A stretch of 60,547 nt of DNA from a virus. Lineage: Duplodnaviria > Caudoviricetes. Shown in pieces: positions 34,017 through 43,826 of the stretch (position 1 is its first letter; every line of letters starts with the position of its first letter). Location: the IMG/VR virus record IMGVR_UViG_3300027112_000001, positions 1 to 60,547 of that record. The stretch is one strand, 5' to 3'. A program made the translations under genes and the position numbers. The notes under the pieces are model-generated. The model searched no databases. It had not been told where the DNA came from and was given only the letters and a program-made list of their open reading frames with translations.

Positions 34017-34709
34017 CTACTGAACAACTGGAACTTCCATACCCGCTAACTTCATCTGTCGCAGCACGTCCTCCATCTCCTTCTTGGCGTTGGCCAGGTT
34101 CTCGTCCGGGTCGTCGCCACGTGCCTTGATCCGCTCGCGAGCGTCCTTCACTTCCTGCTTCCAGGCTGCCTTGTCCTCGCACATGTGGCTGCCGCAGATG
34201 GGCCCAATGCCGAGCTCGCGGCTGATCCGGTCGGTCAGCGTTCGACCGCACTTCGAGCACGCTCCGATCTCGCGGCCGAAGCGTATCGCACACTCGCGGA
34301 CGCCGACGTTGAGGATCTTCTGACAGATCGACTCCTGCGTCTTCGGGAAGAGCTTCGCAGCGGACGGACCGAACATCACGTAGAGATTGCGGCGTCGGCC
34401 ATCGGGGCTGACCCACTGCTGGTAGAACCGCAGCTGCCCGTCCTCGTTCTCGATCGCGTAGCGACCAGGTGGCAGCTGCCGGCACGCGGGTCCGACGACC
34501 GGCGGTGCGACTGGCTTCTTCGGTAACGAGAGCAGCCAGTCGATGTCTCGGCTGGCGTCCTTCGTGCTCAGCCCGAACTCCTCTGGGTCCTCGCTGATGC
34601 GCAGGCACTTCCAGAGCGTATCGACGCGGGCATCCGCGTCCGTAGGGATGTCGCGGGCGTCGAGCAGGGACTTCAGGAATTCGCGTTGACGTTCTGTGAT
34701 CTTGTTCAT
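34017..34709 (-). CDS. DUF6011-like Zn-finger protein
   Basis: 'CSKCGRTLTDRISRELGIGPIC'; 'PGRYAI....LRFY'. Confidence 0.7.
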   Translation of the reverse strand: MNKITERQREFLKSLLDARDIPTDADARVDTLWKCLRISEDPEEFGLSTKDASRDIDWLLSLPKKPVAPPVVGPACRQLPPGRYAIENEDGQLRFYQQWVSPDGRRRNLYVMFGPSAAKLFPKTQESICQKILNVGVRECAIRFGREIGACSKCGRTLTDRISRELGIGPICGSHMCEDKAAWKQEVKDARERIKARGDDPDENLANAKKEMEDVLRQMKLAGMEVPVVQ

Positions 34710-34795
34710 GTGTCGTGTGTCCTAATTCTGTCGGTGATGCAGTTCGAGCCCAGGTTTTGGCCTGGGCTCGAATGAAATGGGTTGCTTGTCGCGGG

Positions 34796-35194
34796 TTAGC
34801 TGACGATGTCCTCCTCGGTGATCATGGCCCCAACGCTGATGTTGGGCGTCATGCCCAGCTTCTTCAGCTGCTGGTAGAGCTCGCGGGCCTTCAGCGCTCG
34901 GTCGAAACCCAGCCGCATTTTCAGCCCCGCCTCGTGGTACGCTCGCCGCTCGGCGATTTCAGCCAGCGTTTTGTCCGCGTTGGCTACGATATTGATGAGA
35001 CGAAGAAGGGCTGCTTCTTCGCGTTCGAGTTCCGCCTTGAGGTTTGTGACGCGCTCCGCTTGCTGCCGCACAAACTTTTCCGGGTCGTTGATCTGCTTGA
35101 CGGTTTCACGCTTCCAGCCATCCATCGCTTCGATTCCGCGTTGCCAGTCTGCCGCGTCGCGGCGTTCAACTTCGTCAAATCCAGGCTTGGTCAT
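34796..35194 (-). CDS. Hypothetical coiled-coil protein
   Basis: GGAGGT RBS. Confidence 0.6.
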   Translation of the reverse strand: MTKPGFDEVERRDAADWQRGIEAMDGWKRETVKQINDPEKFVRQQAERVTNLKAELEREEAALLRLINIVANADKTLAEIAERRAYHEAGLKMRLGFDRALKARELYQQLKKLGMTPNISVGAMITEEDIVS

Positions 35195-35286
35195 TTCATA
35201 CCTCCGTGGGTTTCAGTGTGTCATGTGTCTGAACCAGAGCGGTTCGTTGGCTGGGGCTCCCGTGAGCCCCAGCGTGTCGAAACGTT

Positions 35287-35748
35287 CTACTTCACTTCCC
35301 CGCCTTCGAGGAAAGCCTTCAGAGCCTCTTCCGACATCCCGCTGCCCTTCATCTCGCCGAACAGAGCCTTGAACTTGTCGTGCAGGCTCTTCATCCGCTT
35401 CGCCTTCTTGCGATCCGACACGTTGCCCAGTTTGGCCTCGTCGATCGCCTGTTGGCGGAGCTTCTTGGCCTTCGCTTCGAGGCGATCGGCCGTGACGTTC
35501 AGGAAATCCGCAGGGTTGTCGTAGTCCTGCTTCCGCAGCGGGAGGTGCAGCTTGCTGTCGAAACCCTCGGGCGTCACAGCGCCTTTGATTTTCTCCTTCA
35601 GCTTGCCCTTCTCGTCGCGGTCGCCAAACGCGGTCCGCTTGACCTTCGGCTTCTTTTCCTTCCGCTCCTTCTTTCCGCTTTCAACTGCGGTGAATCCGGC
35701 GGTTGCCTTCTGGTCCTTGGCGGGTGCGTTCTTGGTTGCGGCTGGCAT
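35287..35748 (-). CDS. Lys-rich early protein
   Basis: AAAGGAG RBS; first gene after the promoter at 35847-35875. Confidence 0.65.
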   Translation of the reverse strand: MPAATKNAPAKDQKATAGFTAVESGKKERKEKKPKVKRTAFGDRDEKGKLKEKIKGAVTPEGFDSKLHLPLRKQDYDNPADFLNVTADRLEAKAKKLRQQAIDEAKLGNVSDRKKAKRMKSLHDKFKALFGEMKGSGMSEEALKAFLEGGEVK

Positions 35749-35846
35749 GGTTAATGCTCCTTTCGCTGGTCTGCTCTCGCAGCCAGCACAAACGTGAAAC
35801 GGGTTGAGAAAGAACTGCGTAACGGACTCGATCCGTCACAGCCCAC

Positions 35847-35875
35847 ATTCTACAGACCCCTTCGCCGTTTGTCAA
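35847..35875 (-). promoter_or_regulatory. Sigma70-type promoter TTGACA-N17-TAGAAT
   Basis: ttgaca aacggcgaaggggtctg tagaat, in intergenic DNA. Confidence 0.8.
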
Positions 35876-35920
35876 GAACGGTTCCGCCCCGTTTGAGCGG
35901 AATTCCAGATTTTCCCATGC

Positions 35921-35958
35921 GAGCCTCACGCGGGGCGTTTTGAGCCTCACGCGGGGCG
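35921..35958. repeat. 17-bp direct repeat gagcctcacgcggggcg x2
   Basis: Copies at 35921-35937 and 35942-35958, upstream of the promoter. Confidence 0.85.
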
Positions 35959-36055
35959 AAACGGGCCAGCCGCCCCGAAACTTGGGCCCAGGTAGGCCCG
36001 CCTGCCGACCCGGCTAGGCCCCCTCGGGGTTCAGGCCCAGCCGGCCAGCCGTCGG

Positions 36056-36424
36056 CTACGTGGCCGCTGCTGCGGTTTGCCCCCCGGTCGGGGGGTTCGG
36101 GGCGGACTCAAACGCTGGAACCCCGTCAACGGTCCGTTTTGGGGCGTCCACCCCCGCTGCCGCTCGTAACCGCTCTGCCATCACGTGAGACACCAAACGT
36201 TTCTCTCCGTCCAGGATGAGCTCCTCGACTTGTGGGTACTCGTTGCAGCGTTTGATCACCCACACATCCGATGGGTACTCGCTCGTGATGAGCAGTCCTT
36301 GGTACGGACGCTCACCGACTACCTTCGCGAGCCGGATCTGTGGCTCAGCTTTTCCGTAGGTCATAAACGACACCCACCAGAACTCGCCTTCCTCCATCAC
36401 CCATCCGTTGTCGTGTATCTTCAT
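36056..36424 (-). CDS. Hypothetical protein (start refined to MKIHDNG)
   Basis: ATGA overlap with the polymerase stop. Confidence 0.5.
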   Translation of the reverse strand: MKIHDNGWVMEEGEFWWVSFMTYGKAEPQIRLAKVVGERPYQGLLITSEYPSDVWVIKRCNEYPQVEELILDGEKRLVSHVMAERLRAAAGVDAPKRTVDGVPAFESAPNPPTGGQTAAAAT

Positions 36425-38256
36425 GTCTCGTCTCCTGCTTTCTTCGCCGCGAGCCAGTTCTTTGTCGAGACACCTCGACTGCACCGCACCGGGACTCGCA
36501 TCGGTACGCTGCTGTGGTTCAGGATATCGCAGACCGATAGTGCATACTCATCGGCGACGTCGATCGGCACTTCGCTCACGGTCTCGTCGTGCACCAGGGC
36601 GAGGATGTGAGCACCCCACCGCTCTCGCTGCTCGTCGAGCGCGTTGGCTCGGTCCTTCATGTGGTCCGCTGCATGCGACTGGCACACGCGGTTGAACGCG
36701 ACCCGAGCGAACTCGATCGGCATGTGGCATCGCCGCCCATACGCGTTCCTGACATAGCCGCGTTCGCGTGCCGCTGCCTCCGCTGCCCGCGTGTGTGGCT
36801 TGAGCTCGGGCAGCCTGCGGTGAAACTCACCGTGGACCTTGACTGCGATCTCGTAAGCCTTGGTCTTGTCGCCACCCGTAGCCGCCACGATCGACGGGTC
36901 CACTCGCAGCGACGCGATAGTCTTCCGCTTGCCCATGCCGTAGCCCATGGCGAGGTTCAGGATCTTGGCTGCCTTGCGGTCGATCGAGATGCCCAGCGAG
37001 GCCCCGACCTCGTCCGCCATCATTTGGTGGAAGTCCGCGTCCGGGTTGTCGAGGAACGTTTGGACGATCTTCGGGCTATTGATGTAGTGGATGATGTCGC
37101 GGTACTCGATGTTCTTGTAGTCGTGACAAGCGATGGCCCAACCGTCTCTCGGTATGATGAGCTCGCGGGCCTCGTTGTTCATCTGCTGGTTGTTCGGCTG
37201 CGAGCATGACATGCGACCGGACCGCACACACTGGTTGTTGTCGGAGTGCAGCACGCCCTCGACGTTGAGCTCCAGCCACGACTCCCAGAACAGGCTACTC
37301 ATGGTTGTCTCATGGCGGTGGGCGTCGATCAGTCGCAGGATCTCCATCGGAGCCCACGGTATCAGCTTGTACTGCTTCAGCACGTTCTTGTCGAAGCTAG
37401 GCCCCTTCGACTGCACACCCTTCTTCTCGGTGTAGATCGGTGGCAGCCCAAATCTGTTAATGAGCAGATCGTGCATATCCACCGGCGACTTCGGGTTGAC
37501 CTTATAGCCGACGAGGACTTCCAGCTGCTCCTCGTATTGCATCATTCGATAATAAGACCGGAGCAGAGCCTTCTTCGTCCCCTCTACGTCAATCAGCATG
37601 CCGCGTCGCTCGGCTCGGATCAGCGTCTTCGTGAGCCTCTTTTCCGTAGCATACACCGTCGAGCATTCGGCCGGCAGCAGCGACTCCATCTTGGTATGCA
37701 AGACTCGGTTCGCTCGCACCTGGTTACCAGCGTAGTCCGCGAGCACATGCGTCGGGATGTCGCCATAGTCCTTCGTGTTCGTTAGCCAAGCCTGGAGACT
37801 GTTGTAGTAATACGACAGATCGATGCCTGCGAACTCCTTGGCCATGACGTCCAGGCCGTAGCCGCCCTTGTAGGTGCGGTCGCTGTCTACCAGCTTGCAG
37901 AGCGTGAGCGTGTCGCGGTACTCGCCAGCGAAGTCAAACCCGTAGTTATTCCACAGCACATGGGCGTCGTACTTGACGTTCTGGTTGACCCACGCATCGC
38001 TGTTGGCTAGTAGCTCCCTGAGGATTTCAGGCAGCCTACCATCCTCGCGGCTCACGCAGTAGACTTGCGGGCAGTCGTCAAACGTGAACGCCGCGAGGCA
38101 TGGAGTGCAGTTAGCGGTACGCCATGGGTTGAGAGACGTGAGCTTCGGGTCGTTGGAGCTCGTCTCTAGGTCGAGGTACAGCTTCGAGATCCGCTTGGGT
38201 ATCGGCACGAAGTCGAGCTCGGACAGCAACACCACGTTATTGCTTAGCTTCAGCAT
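36421..38256 (-). CDS. polA: Family A DNA polymerase (3'-5' exonuclease + polymerase)
   Basis: Exo YLDLET, NQNVKYD; 'SGRMSCSQPNNQQ'; motif A DYKNIEYR, motif B RKAAKILNLAMGYG, motif C VHDE. Confidence 0.92.
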   Translation of the reverse strand: MLKLSNNVVLLSELDFVPIPKRISKLYLDLETSSNDPKLTSLNPWRTANCTPCLAAFTFDDCPQVYCVSREDGRLPEILRELLANSDAWVNQNVKYDAHVLWNNYGFDFAGEYRDTLTLCKLVDSDRTYKGGYGLDVMAKEFAGIDLSYYYNSLQAWLTNTKDYGDIPTHVLADYAGNQVRANRVLHTKMESLLPAECSTVYATEKRLTKTLIRAERRGMLIDVEGTKKALLRSYYRMMQYEEQLEVLVGYKVNPKSPVDMHDLLINRFGLPPIYTEKKGVQSKGPSFDKNVLKQYKLIPWAPMEILRLIDAHRHETTMSSLFWESWLELNVEGVLHSDNNQCVRSGRMSCSQPNNQQMNNEARELIIPRDGWAIACHDYKNIEYRDIIHYINSPKIVQTFLDNPDADFHQMMADEVGASLGISIDRKAAKILNLAMGYGMGKRKTIASLRVDPSIVAATGGDKTKAYEIAVKVHGEFHRRLPELKPHTRAAEAAARERGYVRNAYGRRCHMPIEFARVAFNRVCQSHAADHMKDRANALDEQRERWGAHILALVHDETVSEVPIDVADEYALSVCDILNHSSVPMRVPVRCSRGVSTKNWLAAKKAGDET

Positions 38257-38729
38257 ATGCCCTTCGCGTTACTGGGTTGGCTCGGAGCCATGTTAGGGTC
38301 TCGCAGCCCGAGCTCCGCGTCGTCGGGGATGTCGAGCCACACTATGTTCATCCCGCAATTGACAAGGACCTTTACTCCCTCGGCTCCTGGCTCTGACTGG
38401 TCCAGGATGTAGACCGTGCGGATCCTGCCGCGTTTCCAGTTGACCATCGCCGTGGCACACGGCACGCATGGTGCCCTCGTCACGATCATCAGGCACGAGG
38501 TCATCGACCGCTCGACGCCGTTCAGCAAGGTGTTGATCTCGCTGTGAGCACAACCGCAGTTGTCTTTTACTCCGGAGCAGCCTGCCCGCGTGCCGTTCAC
38601 TCCCCAGCCGACCACTTGGTGGTTCGACTCTTGCAGGATGATGGCCGCCACGCCGCGTCGCTTGCACGTGGAGTGCTTAGCTAGCCTTCGGGTCAGTCTC
38701 GCGAAGTCCTCAATTAGTTCCCTGCTCAT
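38250..38729 (-). CDS. dCMP deaminase-like protein
   Basis: 'STCKRRGVAAII', HSE, 'APCVPC' zinc motifs. Confidence 0.85.
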   Translation of the reverse strand: MSRELIEDFARLTRRLAKHSTCKRRGVAAIILQESNHQVVGWGVNGTRAGCSGVKDNCGCAHSEINTLLNGVERSMTSCLMIVTRAPCVPCATAMVNWKRGRIRTVYILDQSEPGAEGVKVLVNCGMNIVWLDIPDDAELGLRDPNMAPSQPSNAKGIC

Positions 38730-39669
38730 ATTGCTCCTTCGTTTTGGTTAGGTGCCGCAGCATCGCGTGCCGCAGCCCAGGTGCTCGAATCTCTTCCCAC
38801 ACTACATCGGGGTACCACTTCCGGCAGCAGCATATCACCGCGTCGCCCAGCACGCTGGAGATGATCTTGCCTTGTGGCTTGAACCCCAGCATGCGGTACG
38901 AGCGCTCTGTCGCCAGCGCTGAGTCTAGCTCTTCCTCGCTCCAGTAGCCTGCGCCTGGGTGGTACGGCTCGAACGTGGTACGAGGCACTGGCAGTGCCTC
39001 CTTCGCCTTCTCCACATCCCGCTCGTACAGATGCAACGAGCCAGCGAAGTGGTGGTAGTCGCCAGCCGTCACACCGAGCCTCGCCGCCACGTACCTCTGT
39101 ATAACCGTGTTGACATAGCAATCGTAGAGGAAGCCCTTCCACAGATCGTTCGACCGCATCGAGCAGACCATGTGCAGCCGCTCGCCGCGCAGGAGGAACT
39201 GCCACGTGAGGGTGCAAGGGATATCCCGATTGCTGGCAACCAGGTCGTCTGGTCGCCACAGCGACACCACGCACTTCTTCGTGGTGCCCCGCTCGCTGAG
39301 CTTGAACACTGCCTCGTCCAGCAGGTCTGGAGCATAGGGTGCCCCAGCTGGCACGCGAAGGTTATTGGCCAGTCGCCCACCGTATGCCCCGTAAGCTCTG
39401 CCGCCCTCACAGAACTGCTTGTACTGCGGAGCGTACGCACAGATCATACTGGCATCGTGGGTCCTCGACAAGTACCACAGGAGCTCCGCCGACGCATAGA
39501 TCGGCGAGAGCTTCCGTCTCTCGTTGAGACAGAACTGCTCCATCGAGCCATCGAGGACCACGTGGGCCCCGATGATCTCGCGGATGCTGTCCTGCTGCGC
39601 GTCAGTCTTTGGTGACAGCAGCGCGTTGTCCAACAGCCTTCCCCACACTTGGTCGATATGAAAAGACAC
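38710..39669 (-). CDS. Thymidylate-synthase-family pyrimidine (hydroxy)methylase
   Basis: 'AELLWYL', 'GAYGGR', 'RDIPCT', 'MRSNDLWKGFLYD', 'GSLHLYE'. Confidence 0.88.
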   Translation of the reverse strand: MSFHIDQVWGRLLDNALLSPKTDAQQDSIREIIGAHVVLDGSMEQFCLNERRKLSPIYASAELLWYLSRTHDASMICAYAPQYKQFCEGGRAYGAYGGRLANNLRVPAGAPYAPDLLDEAVFKLSERGTTKKCVVSLWRPDDLVASNRDIPCTLTWQFLLRGERLHMVCSMRSNDLWKGFLYDCYVNTVIQRYVAARLGVTAGDYHHFAGSLHLYERDVEKAKEALPVPRTTFEPYHPGAGYWSEEELDSALATERSYRMLGFKPQGKIISSVLGDAVICCCRKWYPDVVWEEIRAPGLRHAMLRHLTKTKEQYEQGTN

Positions 39670-40036
39670 AGATCAACTCCTCTACGGTTTTGTAAACAGG
39701 TACCCCGACTCGTTCCGCGTACAAGCACTCCATGTCCCCGCCTAGCGAGTGGCCCGGCAACCGGAGCACCGCGTCGGCTACCCGCACGCAGGGCAGGTCA
39801 TTCTCCATCCAATCCTCGTGCGTCAAGTGCGCATCGCCCAACGACGAGTTGAACGGAGCCAGCATGTTCAGCATCGGATTGATGACGCTGAAGCCACACT
39901 GCATGAGCTCCCTATGCGCCTCCAGGGATTGGAGTAGGTGTAGGTTGCGGTTGCCCTTGGAGATCGGCCCGCTGATGTAGATCAGGGGTCTCTCCGTGTC
40001 CGCTGCGTCCAGGCGATCCACTGCTTGCTGGTTCAT
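39602..40036 (-). CDS. Nucleoside deoxyribosyltransferase-like (DUF4406/DUF1937-like) protein
   Basis: 'IYISGPIS', 'VINP', 'ADAVLRLPG.S.G..ME..YA'. Confidence 0.7.
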   Translation of the reverse strand: MNQQAVDRLDAADTERPLIYISGPISKGNRNLHLLQSLEAHRELMQCGFSVINPMLNMLAPFNSSLGDAHLTHEDWMENDLPCVRVADAVLRLPGHSLGGDMECLYAERVGVPVYKTVEELICVFSYRPSVGKAVGQRAAVTKD

Positions 40037-40182
40037 TCCGTTCTCCTTTTAGCCAGTCCCACATCGCACGTCGAAACTTATCGATGTGCTCACTACACAA
40101 ATGCACGCACGTGTGCTTGCTCTTGGTCTTGAACTCCAGCCACTCGGTGGCCTTGCCGCCACAGCAGTAGCAGGCTCCCTTG

Positions 40183-42984
40183 TCAGTATTGAGCGTGTCC
40201 ATTCAGGTGCTCCGGTCTCTCGGGTGGGTTAGCGACTAGGTGCCGCAGCATGTTCACAAACGGCGGTGTCTTCTGGTAGCTTCGCCCCTTCCGCGTTAGA
40301 GCGTTGTTCTGCACCAGCTTGCCAATGGCGATGTTCGCCTCCTCGGTCTGCCATCCGCACCAGTCGCATAGGTCCTTGGCTTCGAGCTCGTCCGTGTGGA
40401 GCAGTTGCTCCAGCGTAGACTTCACGTTCGGCAGCACGGCCAGCTGCGTCGTCACCGCCTCCTTGTCCACTAGGTTCTCTTGGCGTCGGGCTCGTTCGGT
40501 AAGGGCGGAGTACCCATGGGTCGGTCGGGTGTACTCATCGCGTAGGAACTTAGCGACCCATTCAACATGGCATGGTCGCACAATGAGTCGCTCATAACTA
40601 GGGTCGGTGGAGTACGTGCGACCGGCAACAGCACAGGCGAGCCGTAGTAGCTTGAACCGAGCTCCACCATGATCGAACAGAGGGACCGAGTCCGTGAATT
40701 CGTCACATAGCAACTTACTCTGAGCGACCGCCATCGCCACTGTCTCGTCGCTAACATCGATCTTGCTGATGTCTCGCGTCCAACACCACAGCACAAGGCG
40801 ACGAGCCTGCTCAGCCGTGAACGTCTCCGGCGCGTTCTCTCGAATTTCATGGATAACATTGTGGTCCACATCCTTCCTCGTTAGCACCATGCACACGTCG
40901 AACCGACGGATGTCTTCGGCCGCTCCGATGAGCTCGACTACTGCGTCCACCCCGTATGGGTAAGCCTCGATGCCTCGATCGGACCGAGCGTTCGACAGTA
41001 CCACTAGGCGTGTCCGAGCCTGCGCCTTCTGTCGTATGATCTTCGGGAGTTCCGCCTCGCCGCTCGACCGCATGTCGGTGAGCTTCGAGAACACATCCTC
41101 CCGCATGCCCTTAAGCTCTTCCAGGATGACGAGGCGACGATCGTGCTGGGGTATGACACCCCAGTGTATGAACCACGTGCCGCCAATCTGCTCGAGTCCT
41201 CCGAGCAGACCGGCGACCGTAGCGTTCTTACAATCAACCCGTTCACCCAATCCATAGAACCGTTGTAGGTTTTGTGCGGTCTCGCTCTTGCCCTGGCCGC
41301 GATCGCCGACGACGAGGATCTCCGCCACGCCCTTCTGCGACACGCCGCGTACGTTGAACGCCAAAGCGCTGTGATACGCCAGGTCGATCAGCTGGTGCAG
41401 GGTCTTCCGCTCATATATACGTGTGACGTTACGCGATAGCTCCTCGTAAATCGGGTCGAGCACCTCGTCAATAGACTCCACGCTCCACTCGCGTGGCCGG
41501 AACCGTTCGAGCTCCTCCGGCTTGGTCAACTCGAAGCCTGTCAGAGCATCGGCCACCGCGGTCGTGTTGGACACCACCGCCACGCATCGCTGCGTGCGAG
41601 GATGTGGGATCGACCGACCCGTAATCTCGTAGGTCTCGTTGAGCTCTGTTTCTCTATCTACCATGATCGTGCTCACCGCCATCTTGTCGCTGTCCTGGGC
41701 GGTCAGGTTGAGCGCTCGCTGCACGCGGGCCTCTTGGACTTTGTATCGGTTGGTTATATCGTACTTCACTATCGGGCAGTCGGGCACCCCAAGTGCTTTG
41801 CCTATCTCCTTCACTAGGTTCTCGTCCCCGCCATTCATGATGGCGACGATCGACGTAGACTCCGGGTGGATCGTCATGGCCGACTCGGGCTGCGACAAGA
41901 ACACTGGGCACGCGGAGCAGAACGTCTGGTCCCTCGTGCAAACTGGTATGACCTCCTTCGGAGCGTAAAACGGGTCTTGGGCCACGGCGGTGACCACTAC
42001 TCGACTCTTGAACCTCTTGGTCGCCATACTGGCCTGCATAGCATCTTTGATCGATATCTCCGAGAGCTCCTCCTCGTCGTCCCCGGTAGCAACCACGCCC
42101 CGAAGTGTACTGACCCATTGGGGAGTGGCCTCCAGCAAAGCAAGTAGATCGACCCCTTCAGCGATGGCGTCATTGAGATCCCCGTTGGGGTACTTACTGA
42201 TATCGAGAGGCCAGTCAACGTTACCGACCCACGAAGCCATGTTCTGCAAGCGAGCGCAGCGGTATTCGGCCGCTCGCTTCCCAGTAGTGTCGATATCGAG
42301 ACCCATCCAGACTTGCTTGCCACGAAAGTATTCCTCGAACTTCGGTGCCCACTCGTTCTCGCCTGCGGTCAGCGTGACGCAACCAATGCCGTGCTCGTTC
42401 AATCGTTCCAGTCCGGCGAGGGCTTTGATCTCTCCACCAGTAAACAGAATCCTCGGGTACTGCAACTGCTCGAAGGGATAGATTCTTGCAGCACCTCGAC
42501 CCTTAAGGTTGAGAGTCTTGGGAGCAAGTTTCTCCCCTGGGGCGTACTGCCGGATGTTGACATACATCCCAGAAGCGTTGGCGATGGGGATCGTGACTCG
42601 CCCGTTGTGCTCGCCGAGGAAGAACCTCTTGATCGTGTCATCGCTCACTCCCCGTAGGTGCAGCTGCCGTAGCAGTTCTTTGGCAGTCCATATTTGTTCG
42701 GCGTATCGTATTATCGCAGCGGTCTCTACTGGCTTGTCGTCCAGGGACTCCAGCCGCGACAGCGTAACATGTCTCGCCTCGCCAGCGAGTCTGGAGACCA
42801 GCGTAACTGCGTCTCCAGACACGTGGCAGGCTCGGCACGTGAAGAATTGCCTCTCCTGCGAGATATCACAAGAGGGGTTATCGTCGTCGTGGTACGGGCA
42901 TCTTATGCGGAGAGAATTGCCTCTCCGTTGAGCCTCGACCCCGAGTCGCTTCAACTCTTCCGCGATGTCGATGATTAACTTCAC
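40183..42984 (-). CDS. Primase-helicase fusion: CHC2 Zn finger + TOPRIM + MCM-like AAA+ ATPase
   Basis: CPYHDD..PSC..CRAC; 'GGEIK', 'LDID', 'DLND'; CxxxxxxCxxC; Walker A GDRGQGKS, 'ATVAGLLG', Walker B LVILEE, Arg finger IRRFD. Confidence 0.82.
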   Translation of the reverse strand: MKLIIDIAEELKRLGVEAQRRGNSLRIRCPYHDDDNPSCDISQERQFFTCRACHVSGDAVTLVSRLAGEARHVTLSRLESLDDKPVETAAIIRYAEQIWTAKELLRQLHLRGVSDDTIKRFFLGEHNGRVTIPIANASGMYVNIRQYAPGEKLAPKTLNLKGRGAARIYPFEQLQYPRILFTGGEIKALAGLERLNEHGIGCVTLTAGENEWAPKFEEYFRGKQVWMGLDIDTTGKRAAEYRCARLQNMASWVGNVDWPLDISKYPNGDLNDAIAEGVDLLALLEATPQWVSTLRGVVATGDDEEELSEISIKDAMQASMATKRFKSRVVVTAVAQDPFYAPKEVIPVCTRDQTFCSACPVFLSQPESAMTIHPESTSIVAIMNGGDENLVKEIGKALGVPDCPIVKYDITNRYKVQEARVQRALNLTAQDSDKMAVSTIMVDRETELNETYEITGRSIPHPRTQRCVAVVSNTTAVADALTGFELTKPEELERFRPREWSVESIDEVLDPIYEELSRNVTRIYERKTLHQLIDLAYHSALAFNVRGVSQKGVAEILVVGDRGQGKSETAQNLQRFYGLGERVDCKNATVAGLLGGLEQIGGTWFIHWGVIPQHDRRLVILEELKGMREDVFSKLTDMRSSGEAELPKIIRQKAQARTRLVVLSNARSDRGIEAYPYGVDAVVELIGAAEDIRRFDVCMVLTRKDVDHNVIHEIRENAPETFTAEQARRLVLWCWTRDISKIDVSDETVAMAVAQSKLLCDEFTDSVPLFDHGGARFKLLRLACAVAGRTYSTDPSYERLIVRPCHVEWVAKFLRDEYTRPTHGYSALTERARRQENLVDKEAVTTQLAVLPNVKSTLEQLLHTDELEAKDLCDWCGWQTEEANIAIGKLVQNNALTRKGRSYQKTPPFVNMLRHLVANPPERPEHLNGHAQY

Positions 42985-43001
42985 GTGCTTCTATCGTTGC
43001 T

Positions 43002-43826
43002 CTAGTAGCTTCCGCTACCGACCTCAGTTGCAGCAGCTTCCACGAACTGCTCCTCGTCGTACTGCGTATCGAGCTCCCTGTTCGATTGCAGCTTGTAGAA
43101 GTCATCGTGCATCTTTTCCAACTCCTCGCAGAGGAACGGATCGGTCCAGGGGTCCGGGTGGTTGTCCACCGTGTAGACCTTGAACGTACCCTGGCTGTTC
43201 TCCTTGTCGCGAGTACTCAACACGTACTGACCCGCGAACACCGGTGCCTTGCGAGCAAGACACAGCTTGCCTAGCCGCTGACCCGCTTGGTAGCTGGTCT
43301 TGTAGAAGCTAAGCAACACCGGGTCCGTATCCATGAACTCGGGGTCCGTGAGCTTGATGATGAAGTTCGCGTGCTCGCAGTAGCGATAGTTGAACTTCGG
43401 ATCGCTCACGTGCTGCGGGTGGGGCTCGCTCCAAGTCGCGGACGACTGTGACTTCAACGCCACATGCGACTTCGGATCAAACGACCGCTCCACGATCATG
43501 GGCTCCTGCCCCTTGAGCGCGTTGGCGGACCACTTGCAGTACTCGGTGTAGAACAGCACCGGAGCAAACGACGCGGGTTTCGCACCCTCGCGTCCCGTCG
43601 TCAACAGCACCATATCCGGCGTGAGGATGATCGCCCCGACGCCGTACTTCTCGGTGAGCTCGTCGTTCGACATCTTCTGCACGATCTTGCAGAAGCTAGG
43701 ACGAACGATGCGTCCGAGGCCCTCGGTGCCGGTGGCCTTACCCTCGTACTTCGCCAGATGCTCGGGACGCGGCACGGATACCGCGACCTCGCTGGTCTGT
43801 TTCTTCGCAATCTCAGTCTTTGGCAT
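43002..43826 (-). CDS. Putative single-stranded DNA-binding protein
   Basis: Position between helicase and primase; beta-rich core; acidic C-terminus. Confidence 0.55.
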   Translation of the reverse strand: MPKTEIAKKQTSEVAVSVPRPEHLAKYEGKATGTEGLGRIVRPSFCKIVQKMSNDELTEKYGVGAIILTPDMVLLTTGREGAKPASFAPVLFYTEYCKWSANALKGQEPMIVERSFDPKSHVALKSQSSATWSEPHPQHVSDPKFNYRYCEHANFIIKLTDPEFMDTDPVLLSFYKTSYQAGQRLGKLCLARKAPVFAGQYVLSTRDKENSQGTFKVYTVDNHPDPWTDPFLCEELEKMHDDFYKLQSNRELDTQYDEEQFVEAAATEVGSGSY

